This document shows positions 8,163 to 16,275 of a stretch of 23,700 bases of DNA, in pieces. This DNA is from Trueperaceae bacterium. Lineage in GTDB: Bacteria; Deinococcota; Deinococci; Deinococcales; Trueperaceae. Position numbers and translations under genes: made by a program. The stretch lies in NCBI GenBank assembly GCA_040905465.1, contig JBBDRK010000057.1, positions 1 through 23,700 of the forward strand, in the 5' to 3' direction. The notes beneath the pieces were generated by a model. That model saw only the letters and a list, made by a program, of their open reading frames with translations. It ran no database searches and had not been told where the DNA came from. Position 1 is the first letter of the stretch; each line of letters begins with the position of its first letter.

Positions 8163-10931
8163 ATGCGAAGCGAGCTACCTGTCCGGGTCGCGGCGTTCAT
8201 CGGCCGTGAGCGTGAGCGTGCTGAGGTGGCCGACTTGGTCGCGGCTGCCCGGGTGGTGACGTTGACCGGTCCGGGTGGCTGCGGTAAGACGCGGTTGGCG
8301 GTTGAGGTCGTCGGGGACGTGGCGTCGCGGTTTTCCGATGGGGCCCGTTGGGTGGACCTGCAAGGCGTGAGCGAGCCGGCGATGGTTGCTCTGGCCGTCG
8401 CTGCGGCGGTGGGCGTTCACGAGGGACCCGGACAGGCGCTGGTCGACACCCTCGCCGAGCAGCTTCACGCACGGCATCTGCTGGTAGTGCTCGACAATTG
8501 CGAGCACTTGGTGGAGGCGTGTGCGGAGTTGGTCGGCGAGTTGTCGTCGGCGTGTCCGCAGCTGCACGTGTTGGGTACCAGCCGGGTGCCGCTGGTCATC
8601 GAGGGTGAGGCGACGTTCGAGGTCGCCCCGCTGCCGGTGCCCGATCCCGATGCTCGCTCGGCCAGCACGGTCGCGGCCGTGGATGCGGCGCGGTTGTTCG
8701 AGGTGCGGGCCCGGCAGGTGGCAGCGGACTTTCGGATCGGTGACGATAACGCTTCTGCGGTGGCGGAGATCTGCCGGCGTCTGGATGGGATTCCGCTGGC
8801 GATCGAGCTGGCGGCGGCGCGGGTACGAGTGCTGACGCCGGGCCAGATCGCGGCCGGGTTGTCGGACCGGTTCGGGTTGTTGACCGGCGGGGTGCGGGGG
8901 GCGCCGGCACGTCAGCGAACGTTGGAGGCGTCGCTGGACTGGAGCTACCAGTTTCTAGACGACGCGCAGCGTTTGGCGTTGGAGAGGCTGTCGGTGTTCG
9001 CCGGCTCGTTCGAGCTCGACGCTGCCGAGGCGGTCGTGGGGGGCGCCGGCATCGACAGCGACGACGTGCTCGACCTGGTCGCTGGGCTGGTCGAGCAGTC
9101 GATGGTGCAGGTCGTCCAGCGCCGCGGCAGGGCCCGCTACCGGCTGTTGGAGACTATCCGGGTGTATGCCCGGCAGAGACTGTCGGAGCTTGACGATCCC
9201 AATCGGGTGCGTGGCCGCCATCTGGAGTTTTACGTCGGGCTGGCGGGGCGGGCGCAGGAGGGCCTCAACGGTGGACAACCTGAGCCCTGGATGGCGCGGC
9301 TTGCGGGCGATCTCGATGATCTGCGCGCTGCGATGGACTGGGCTGCGGAGTCCGGGGACCTGCGCGGGCTGGTGGATCTCACCGAGCCGATCGTCCGCTT
9401 CTGGTTCGATCGCGGCCTGTCCGGAGAGGTGCACCGACGGCTGCACGACGCCGCCCATGGCCCCGACACCCCCGTTGACGAGCGGGTGCGGGGGCTGACC
9501 ACCGCGGCGCTCGTGGCCCTCAGGGGCGGTGAGCTGGCCGGCGCCTATCGGTCGGCCAGCCAGGCGGTCGCCGCGGCTCGCGCCGCCGATGTGGGCGGTG
9601 CGCTCGCGCTCGCTTTGAGCGTTCGGGGTCAGGCGGGGGCCGTGTCGGGGCAGTCGACCAGCGAGCAGGTGGACGCTGACGTCGAGGAGGCGATCGAGCA
9701 CGCCGAGCAGTGCGGAGATGCTGCGGTCCACGCCTTCGTCCTGCCGATGTCAGGATGGACGTTGCTTCGCAGCCGCACGATCGACGCCGGGTGCCGCCTG
9801 TGCGAGCAGGCGATCGAGGTCTGCGAAACCGCGGACGTCGCCTTCCACCTGCCTGGCGCCCATGCGATCCTTGGACTGTGGCCGGTTTGGTCCGGGCGGC
9901 TCGACCGGACGCGTGATCACGCTCGGCGTGGCTGGGAGCTCGCGCGCCAGGTGGGACGTCCGGGTTGGGAGGCGGTCGGGCTCGCCGGCCTCGGAGCGGC
10001 CGACGTCCTGCACGGTGATCACGGCCGGGCGAAGGAGTGGCTGTCCAGGGCGCAGGACGTCCTGCGACGACCTGGCATGGAGGGGACCGAATACGACATG
10101 TTCGTCCGTCCCTGGCTCGCGTTGTCGGCGTACGCGTCCCGCGAGCTAGAGACCGCTCGGGCCACAGCTGGGGAGATCGTACGGATCGGCCGTCGTCGTG
10201 CCAGCCGCTGGGACGAGTCCATCGGCGAGTGGCTGCTGGGCGTGGTCGCACACGGCCAGGGGCGCCGCGACGATGCGCGAGCACATTTGGAGGCCGGGCG
10301 GGCACTGTCGACCGGCCCACGGCTCCCGTTCCCGCTGGGTCGGTCGTTGCTCGGCCTCGCGGCGCTGGCCGAGGAGGACGAGGACATCGAGAACGCGTGG
10401 AAGCTGGCACACGACGGCTTGGAGGTCCTGGACGACTACGGTGATCGGGTCGGGGCCGTCGCGGCGATGGAGATGATCGCCGACCTGGCCGTAGCCCTCG
10501 CCGAGCCCGAACGGGCGCTGCGCCTGCTTGCCGCGTCGCAACGGTTCCACACCGGTTCGGGCATCGCCCGCTCCCCCTTACAGGCCGACCTTTTCGATCG
10601 TGCCCGCACGACGGCACACGCCGCGCTGGACCCCCCCGATGCGGCCGCTTGCTGGGAGGCGGGCGGTGAGCTGTGGCTGGCCGACGCGGTCGCCTATGCC
10701 CGTCGCGGGCGGGGTGAGCGTCGACGCCCGCAGTTCGGCTGGGCGGCGTTGACCCCCGCCGAACGTGACGTCGTGCGGCTGGTCGCCCACGGCCACACCA
10801 ACGCCCAGATCGGTAAAGTCCTGTTCATCTCCGTCAACACCGTCAAGAAGCACCTTTCCCACGTTTACGAGAAGGTCGAGGTAGGCGGACGCGCCGACCT
10901 CGCCGCGCAGGTTGCCCGCCGCGACCTGTAG
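8163..10931 (+). CDS. STAND (NB-ARC-like) ATPase with TPR-like helical sensor and C-terminal LuxR HTH; transcriptional regulator
   Basis: LP..FIGRERE, Walker A GPGGCGKT, Walker B LLVVLDNCEH, LDGIPLAIELAA, RYRLLETIR, and C-terminal GWAALTPAERDVVRLVAHGHTNAQIGKVLFISVNTVKKHLSHVYEK. Start is uncertain (ATG 8163 preferred; GTG 8139/8157 or TTG 8076 possible). Confidence 0.9.
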   Translation: MRSELPVRVAAFIGRERERAEVADLVAAARVVTLTGPGGCGKTRLAVEVVGDVASRFSDGARWVDLQGVSEPAMVALAVAAAVGVHEGPGQALVDTLAEQLHARHLLVVLDNCEHLVEACAELVGELSSACPQLHVLGTSRVPLVIEGEATFEVAPLPVPDPDARSASTVAAVDAARLFEVRARQVAADFRIGDDNASAVAEICRRLDGIPLAIELAAARVRVLTPGQIAAGLSDRFGLLTGGVRGAPARQRTLEASLDWSYQFLDDAQRLALERLSVFAGSFELDAAEAVVGGAGIDSDDVLDLVAGLVEQSMVQVVQRRGRARYRLLETIRVYARQRLSELDDPNRVRGRHLEFYVGLAGRAQEGLNGGQPEPWMARLAGDLDDLRAAMDWAAESGDLRGLVDLTEPIVRFWFDRGLSGEVHRRLHDAAHGPDTPVDERVRGLTTAALVALRGGELAGAYRSASQAVAAARAADVGGALALALSVRGQAGAVSGQSTSEQVDADVEEAIEHAEQCGDAAVHAFVLPMSGWTLLRSRTIDAGCRLCEQAIEVCETADVAFHLPGAHAILGLWPVWSGRLDRTRDHARRGWELARQVGRPGWEAVGLAGLGAADVLHGDHGRAKEWLSRAQDVLRRPGMEGTEYDMFVRPWLALSAYASRELETARATAGEIVRIGRRRASRWDESIGEWLLGVVAHGQGRRDDARAHLEAGRALSTGPRLPFPLGRSLLGLAALAEEDEDIENAWKLAHDGLEVLDDYGDRVGAVAAMEMIADLAVALAEPERALRLLAASQRFHTGSGIARSPLQADLFDRARTTAHAALDPPDAAACWEAGGELWLADAVAYARRGRGERRRPQFGWAALTPAERDVVRLVAHGHTNAQIGKVLFISVNTVKKHLSHVYEKVEVGGRADLAAQVARRDL

Positions 10932-10955
10932 TGCCACCCTTGGCGGCCGAAGCGT

Positions 10956-10997
10956 ACCCGCTCGGGTGATGTTCTCCGATGCCTCCTCTGTCATCGT
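10956..10997 (+). promoter_or_regulatory. Palindromic operator ACCCG-CT-CGGGT plus weak -10 (CATCGT) upstream of the hydrolase
   Basis: Inverted repeat at 10956-10967; CATCGT at 10992-10997 lies 6 nt before the in-frame ATG 11004. Confidence 0.45.
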
Positions 10998-11033
10998 GCA
11001 GGCATGACCACACAAGACAGAGGGAGACCGCAC

Positions 11034-11867
11034 ATGAGCAGCCAACGCACCCATTACGTGACCACCAGCGACGGCGTCATCATCGCTGGGACCCGGCACG
11101 GCCAAGGGCCGGCGCTGGTGTTCCTGCAAGGGATCATCGGCGATGGCGACCTCGACTGGCAGGCGCTGCTGCCGCACCTGAGCGGCCGGTTCACCTGCTA
11201 CCTGCCGAGCATGCGGGGTCGTGGCCTCAGCGGCGATCACCCCGACCTCAGCATCGGTCGGCAGGTCGACGACGTCATCGCCTACGTCGACAGCATCGGG
11301 GAACCGACCGGATTGGTGGGTTGGTCCGGCGGCGCCGGCCTGGCACTCGCCGTGGCGGCGCAGTCCGACCTGGTGGACGCGGTGGCCCCCTTTGAGCCTG
11401 GGATGATGAGCCTGGCGGACGAGCAGGAGCAGGCGGCTATCGGCGCCGCCGTCGCCGGGATGGGCGAGTTGGCCGCCGCCGGCAGGTTGGCGGCTGCAGC
11501 TCGCGCGTTCGCCGGTTGGACCTTCAACGACCAGGACATCGCCGTGGCCGAGGACGCCGGCTACTTCGAGGCCGCAGGGCGCTACGTCCCGAACCTGCTC
11601 AACACCCTCCAGCAATGGATGGCGCACGAAGGCCCCACCATTGATGACTCGGCCGTGCTCGGCAAGATCTCCGCTCCGGTGCTGATGTTGCACGGATCGG
11701 ACACCAGGCCCTTCTTCATCGCCAGTGCGCGGCACGTGGCCGACCACGTCCCCAACGCGACGGTACGCGAGATCGCGGGCGCCGGACACGCCGCCCCGCT
11801 GACCCATCCCGAGGCGCTCGCCGAGACACTAATCGAGTTCTTCGCCCCAGCCCAGAAGCCGGCCTGA
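11034..11867 (+). CDS. Alpha/beta fold hydrolase
   Basis: YVTTSDG, GQGPALVFLQG, RGRGLS, nucleophile elbow GWSGG, APVLMLHG and catalytic His in GAGH. SD AGGGAG precedes ATG 11034; alternative leaderless ATG at 11004. Confidence 0.9.
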   Translation: MSSQRTHYVTTSDGVIIAGTRHGQGPALVFLQGIIGDGDLDWQALLPHLSGRFTCYLPSMRGRGLSGDHPDLSIGRQVDDVIAYVDSIGEPTGLVGWSGGAGLALAVAAQSDLVDAVAPFEPGMMSLADEQEQAAIGAAVAGMGELAAAGRLAAAARAFAGWTFNDQDIAVAEDAGYFEAAGRYVPNLLNTLQQWMAHEGPTIDDSAVLGKISAPVLMLHGSDTRPFFIASARHVADHVPNATVREIAGAGHAAPLTHPEALAETLIEFFAPAQKPA

Positions 11868-11872
11868 CCCTT

Positions 11873-11985
11873 GTTCGCGGCACGTTCGGCGACAACGCCA
11901 ACACCATCGCCGGCCTCTGGGAGGTCTCGCGGGACAGCTCGAAATGGGATGACGACCTCGAAATACCTATCGGCGGGTACGGTAG
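11873..11985 (+). pseudogene. 3' remnant of a small beta-rich protein gene with a -1 frameshift
   Basis: Reads VRGTFGDNANTIAGLWEVSRDSSKWDDDLEI, then after a 1-nt shift TYRRVR-stop (TAG 11983-11985). Coding-like codons, no start codon. Confidence 0.55.
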
Positions 11986-12009
11986 CCGAGCAGTCGGCCG
12001 ACCGCCGAC

Positions 12010-12396
12010 TCACTCCTCGCTGACTTTGTCCGCCTCGTGCGCTGCAGCGTCGATCTTTACGTTGGCTCCCGCCCGGTGTATGACGAACCGGGATGCGGCC
12101 GTGCAGATTGCCTGGCACTCTCCGGCCGCCAGCGCACTGTAGACCTCGCTGCCTCGGTAGAAAGAGGCCAGGACGGCTCCCTCTGGCGCCGCATCGGTTA
12201 CCCGCCGGTCCTCGAAGACGAAGCCCAGCCCCTCCATGACCTTCACGATCCGGAGGGCATCGTCCCGGTCCTCCAGCGGCCTGAACTGCTCGACCCGGCC
12301 CCCGTCGTCGGTCTGCCAGCCGCCGCGAGTGCGGGTCCACCGCAGCAGATCAACGGTGAGAAGCTGTTCTAGATTCCTGTCCTGGGGGCGATTCAA
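12010..12396 (-). CDS. Hypothetical protein (about 128 aa), possibly phage ABA-sandwich/BC1872-like fold
   Basis: TTG at 12396 lies 5 nt after SD AGGAG, with a consensus promoter upstream. Pattern FRPLEDRDDALRIVKVM...ASF...QAICTAA. The ORF-track extension to 12810 is antisense to nfeD. Confidence 0.75.
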   Translation of the reverse strand: MNRPQDRNLEQLLTVDLLRWTRTRGGWQTDDGGRVEQFRPLEDRDDALRIVKVMEGLGFVFEDRRVTDAAPEGAVLASFYRGSEVYSALAAGECQAICTAASRFVIHRAGANVKIDAAAHEADKVSEE

Positions 12397-12423
12397 CAGC
12401 ACTCCTAACGGACGTCCGATTGA

Positions 12424-12432
12424 ATTATAGCA
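12424..12432 (-). promoter_or_regulatory. Consensus extended -10 TGcTATAAT for the 12396 gene
   Basis: + strand ATTATAGCA equals minus-strand TGCTATAAT, in an AT-rich patch of a GC-rich genome. Confidence 0.75.
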
Positions 12433-12453
12433 ATTCGGGCAGCCGCACGGGCG

Positions 12454-12462
12454 TGGTATTCT
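12454..12462 (+). promoter_or_regulatory. Extended -10 (TGgTATTCT) of a leaderless nfeD operon transcript
   Basis: Ends 6 nt before GTG 12469; no SD. Confidence 0.65.
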
Positions 12463-12468
12463 CGATTC

Positions 12469-13812
12469 GTGACGCGAACGTGCCTCGGCGCCGTTGTCGC
12501 CGTGCTGGCGACCATGGCACTCCTGTCGGCCGGCTCCGCCTTCGGCCAAGGCAACACTCGGGCCGTCTGGTTGATTCCGATCGATACCGACATCACCCCG
12601 GCTACCGCACAATTCGTGAGCTCGCGCGTGGAGCGCGCCAACGACGAACAGCCGCTGGCTCTGGTGTTCCTGATCGACACGCCGGGCGGTCAAGTGAGCG
12701 CCATGGAGAGCATCGTGGCGACGATCCTCAACGATGCCAGGCTGCCTACCATCGCCGTCGTCGAAAACGCGTTCAGTGCGGGAGCACTGATTGCGATGAG
12801 CGCGGAGCACCTGGCGATGCTGCCGGGATCTTCAATCGGCGCCGCGTTGCCGATCACCATTTCGCCTGTCGGCATCAATCCGGTCGGTGAGAAGATGAAC
12901 TCGGCCATGCGAGGCCAGTTCCGCTCGGTGGCCGAGGCGCGAGGTCGCAATGCCCGCGTTGCCGAGGCGATGGTAGATCAGCGGATCGAGATCCCCGGCC
13001 TGTCGACGAGTGAGGAGTTGCTGACGCTGACCGCTTCCCAGGCCGTCGAGCACGGTATTGCCGACCTGCAGGCGGCGAACATGCAGGATGCTTTGGAGAG
13101 TTTCGGTTACGGCGGAGTACGGATAGAGCGTATCGAACGGAATCTGAGCGAGCGCTTTGCGACGATGTTGGCCAACCCGGTAGTCGCGGCGATCCTGTTG
13201 GTGCTGGGAGTCGGGGGCATCCTGCTGGAGGCGTTCACGCCTGGATTCGGAATCCCCGGGGGAATCGGGATAGTGGCGCTGGCTCTGCTTGCCGCCGGTG
13301 CCTACATGGCGACCCCGGCCGGCACGTTCGATGTCCTGCTGATCATCGCAGGAGTGCTGCTGATCGCGCTCGAGGTGCTCGTGATCCCTGGTTTCGGGGT
13401 GGCCGGATTGCTGGGAATCGCCGCCATCGGAGTCGCCGTGTTCAGGATCTTCCAGGAGGACTTCCTCGCCATAGTCGGCTGGTCCGCTCTCTTCGGAAGC
13501 GTGCTCCTGGGCATGGCCCTGTGGCTGCTTCCAAACCTGCGGATTGCATCACCGCTGATGCTCGAGACGCGATTGGGCAGGCGGCCGGGCGGTGCGCCGG
13601 GCGATACCGGTGGAGTCGCGACCGGGCCGTATGATCACCTGTTGGGCCAGTCCGGCATAGCCGCCAGTGACCTGAGGCCGGCCGGCGTGGCCAAGGTGTC
13701 CGGCGAACGGGTCGACGTCGTAACGCAAGGAGATTTCGTGCCCGCCGGCAGGCCGATAGAGGTCTTCCGGGTCGAGGGAAACCGTATCGTAGTTCGAGAA
13801 CTCGAAGGCTGA
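12469..13812 (+). CDS. nfeD: Long-form NfeD (YqeZ-like): signal peptide, ClpP-like serine protease domain, membrane domain, OB-fold
   Basis: [39 protein letters not shown], two PGFG membrane motifs, and C-terminal DLRPAG...[11 protein letters not shown]...VEGNRIVVR. Confidence 0.92.
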   Translation: MTRTCLGAVVAVLATMALLSAGSAFGQGNTRAVWLIPIDTDITPATAQFVSSRVERANDEQPLALVFLIDTPGGQVSAMESIVATILNDARLPTIAVVENAFSAGALIAMSAEHLAMLPGSSIGAALPITISPVGINPVGEKMNSAMRGQFRSVAEARGRNARVAEAMVDQRIEIPGLSTSEELLTLTASQAVEHGIADLQAANMQDALESFGYGGVRIERIERNLSERFATMLANPVVAAILLVLGVGGILLEAFTPGFGIPGGIGIVALALLAAGAYMATPAGTFDVLLIIAGVLLIALEVLVIPGFGVAGLLGIAAIGVAVFRIFQEDFLAIVGWSALFGSVLLGMALWLLPNLRIASPLMLETRLGRRPGGAPGDTGGVATGPYDHLLGQSGIAASDLRPAGVAKVSGERVDVVTQGDFVPAGRPIEVFRVEGNRIVVRELEG

Positions 13813-13823
13813 AGGAGCCCCTA

Positions 13824-14801
13824 ATGTCCATAAGCATACTGATTGTCGCCGCTGCCGCCGTCATCTTCTTCATGATCCTGTTTACCGTGATCCCGGTGGG
13901 GCTGTGGATCTCGGCCGTCGCCGCCGGAGTGCGTGTGAGCCTCATATCGCTGGTGGCGATGCGACTCAGGCGCGTTCCGCCGAACCGGATCATTCTGCCG
14001 TTGATCAAGGCCGACAAGGCCGGAATCGACGTGGGGCAGAATCAACTCGAGGCCCACTTCCTCGCGGGGGGCAACGTCGACCGGGTCGTCGACGCGCTTA
14101 TCGCCGCAGACAAGGCACGGATTGCACTACCGTTCGACCGTGCCGCCGCTATCGACCTCGCCGGCCGTGACGTTCTCGACGCCGTCAAGGTGTCGGTTAA
14201 TCCGCGGGTAATCCAGACTCCGAACGTTTCGGCGGTCGCCAAGGATGGTATCGAACTCATCTCGACCGCTCGAGTGACCGTCAGGGCCAACCTGGAGCGG
14301 CTGGTCGGGGGCGCCGGTGAAGAAACCATCATCGCTCGCGTGGGCGAGGGCATCGTTTCCTCGATCGGCTCCACGTCCTCTCACAAAGGCGTCCTGGAAA
14401 ACCCCGACACCATCTCCAAGACCGTCCTGGCCAAGGGCCTCGATTCGGGTACCGCCTTCGAGATCCTGTCGATCGACATCGCCGACGTGAACGTCGGCCG
14501 CAACATCGGGGCCGAGCTCCAGACCGACCAGGCGGAGGCCGACAAGCGCGTTGCGCAGGCCAAGGCCGAGGAGCGCCGGGCGATGGCCGTGGCCGTCGAG
14601 CAGGAGAACCGGGCGCGAGTCGAGGAGATGCGGGCCAAGGTCGTCGAAGCCGAGGCAGAAGTGCCATTGGCGATCGCCGAGGCGTTCCGGGCAGGCAACC
14701 TCGGGGTAATGGACTACTACAATCTGCAGAACATCCAGTCGGATACCGATATGCGCGGTCACATCGCCAGAGCGACCCGCCCGGGTGATGACCAGGAATG
14801 A
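13824..14801 (+). CDS. floA: Flotillin-like protein FloA (YqfA, UPF0365)
   Basis: [75 protein letters not shown]. Confidence 0.95.
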   Translation: MSISILIVAAAAVIFFMILFTVIPVGLWISAVAAGVRVSLISLVAMRLRRVPPNRIILPLIKADKAGIDVGQNQLEAHFLAGGNVDRVVDALIAADKARIALPFDRAAAIDLAGRDVLDAVKVSVNPRVIQTPNVSAVAKDGIELISTARVTVRANLERLVGGAGEETIIARVGEGIVSSIGSTSSHKGVLENPDTISKTVLAKGLDSGTAFEILSIDIADVNVGRNIGAELQTDQAEADKRVAQAKAEERRAMAVAVEQENRARVEEMRAKVVEAEAEVPLAIAEAFRAGNLGVMDYYNLQNIQSDTDMRGHIARATRPGDDQE

Positions 14802-15367
14802 GCTTCGACGCCCTGCTGTCCATCATTTTCATACTGTTTTTCGTGGTGGGCCCACTACTCAGGCGTTTCAGCGGCCGCGGCCAGTCGACCCGTCAACCCC
14901 CGCAGCGCCGTCCGCAAGCCGGCCAGGAAGCCCGACCGCCACGTGAGGCGACTGCCGAAGGCGAGGGCCCGCTGTCCCGGCGGCTCGAGGAGGCCAGACG
15001 GCGTGTGCAGGAGGCGATGGGTGACCAGGTGGAGCCGCATCTGGAGAGCAAGCGGTCTGCCGCCGACTCGCGCTCGACGGCCTCCACTCGCGAGCTCGAC
15101 TGGCAGGCCTCGGCAAAGGTCGTTCCGGCGTTTCTGACACCGACAGCTCGTCCGGCCAGCCGCCGCAAGGCCGACACCGCGGCGGAATCTGCGGCGTTGC
15201 GCAAAGACCGTTCCCGGGTCCGGCAGCCCGCTAAACTACGGCTCGGGCGCCGTCCGGCGTTGGATGACAACGGCATTCTCAACGGCGTCATCTGGCATGA
15301 GATCCTTAGCGAACCGGTGTCCAGAAGGGGAACCAGGAGGCAGCCATCGCGACTTCGGTCACGCTGA
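14798..15367 (+). CDS. YqfB-like single-pass membrane protein
   Basis: N-terminal TM helix, disordered basic middle, C-terminal [11 protein letters not shown] motif; third position of the nfeD-floA operon with ATGA overlap. Confidence 0.7.
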   Translation: MSFDALLSIIFILFFVVGPLLRRFSGRGQSTRQPPQRRPQAGQEARPPREATAEGEGPLSRRLEEARRRVQEAMGDQVEPHLESKRSAADSRSTASTRELDWQASAKVVPAFLTPTARPASRRKADTAAESAALRKDRSRVRQPAKLRLGRRPALDDNGILNGVIWHEILSEPVSRRGTRRQPSRLRSR

Positions 15368-16275
15368 AACTTCGCAGTCCGGCGGAGGCGGTGACTCTGT
15401 TCGGGCAGAACGACGAGAACCTCAAACTGCTTCGCAACCGGCTTGGTGCCCGGGTGATAGCTCGCGGCGACGAGTTGCGCCTGTCCGGCGAGGAGAGTGA
15501 AGTCGCCGAGGCCGAGCGGACCTTTCGCTCGTTACTGTCGACGATCCGCCGCGGCGGCAAGTTGAGTCTGGTCGAACTCGAGCACAGCGACCTGACGACG
15601 TTGGACGAGCCGTCCAACGGTGCCGTGGACGAACCCCGCCTACCTCTTCGGGCGCGCCCGAAAACTGCCGGCCAGCGACGCTACGTCACCGAGATAGCCG
15701 GAAGCCCGATAGTCTTCGGTGTCGGTCCGGCCGGTACGGGCAAGACCTATCTGGCGGTTGCCATGGCGGTGCAGGCCCTGCTCGACAAACGTGTAAAGCG
15801 CATCGTCCTGACCCGGCCCGCGGTCGAAGCCGGCGAGAAGCTGGGGTTCTTGCCCGGCGACCTGCAGGCGAAGATAGATCCGTATCTCCGGCCTCTTTAC
15901 GACGCCCTCTACGATATGCTCCCGACCGACCGCTTCGAGCAACTGCTGGAACAAGGCATCATCGAGGTTGCGCCGTTGGCCTTCATGCGTGGCCGAACGC
16001 TGAACGACGCCTTCATCATCCTCGACGAGGCCCAGAACACGACACCCGAGCAGATGAAGATGTTTCTCACCCGGATGGGCTTCAACTCCAAGGTCGTCGT
16101 TACCGGCGATATGACTCAGACCGACCTGCCCGGCTCGATGCGCAGCGGGTTGTCGGTGGCCGAACGGATCCTGAAGGACATCGAGGGCATCGGTTTCGTC
16201 TACTTCACGGAAAGCGACGTGGTGCGCCACCCGCTGGTTGCGCGCATCATCAAGGCGTATGAGCAAGGCGGCTAG
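15346..16275 (+). CDS. phoH: PhoH-family ATPase (KH-like N-terminus), probable ATC start
   Basis: GPAGTGKTYLA, LTRPAVEAGEKLGFLPGD, FMRGRT, DEAQN, DVVRHPLV. The first canonical start is GTG 15391, but SD AGGAGG points to ATC 15346. Confidence 0.92.
   Translation: MATSVTLKLRSPAEAVTLFGQNDENLKLLRNRLGARVIARGDELRLSGEESEVAEAERTFRSLLSTIRRGGKLSLVELEHSDLTTLDEPSNGAVDEPRLPLRARPKTAGQRRYVTEIAGSPIVFGVGPAGTGKTYLAVAMAVQALLDKRVKRIVLTRPAVEAGEKLGFLPGDLQAKIDPYLRPLYDALYDMLPTDRFEQLLEQGIIEVAPLAFMRGRTLNDAFIILDEAQNTTPEQMKMFLTRMGFNSKVVVTGDMTQTDLPGSMRSGLSVAERILKDIEGIGFVYFTESDVVRHPLVARIIKAYEQGG

Noticed and set aside
8163-10931. STAND ATPase as an Avs/NLR-like anti-phage system
   Set aside because: No N-terminal effector domain, and a clear C-terminal LuxR HTH indicates a transcription factor.
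9520-11807. Long minus-strand ORFs 9520-10617 and 10578-11807
   Set aside because: Antisense to well-supported genes; expected in high-GC DNA and without recognisable motifs.
12397-12810. N-terminal 138-aa extension of the 12010 ORF
   Set aside because: Overlaps nfeD antisense and runs through the promoter; SD and -10 support a start at 12396.
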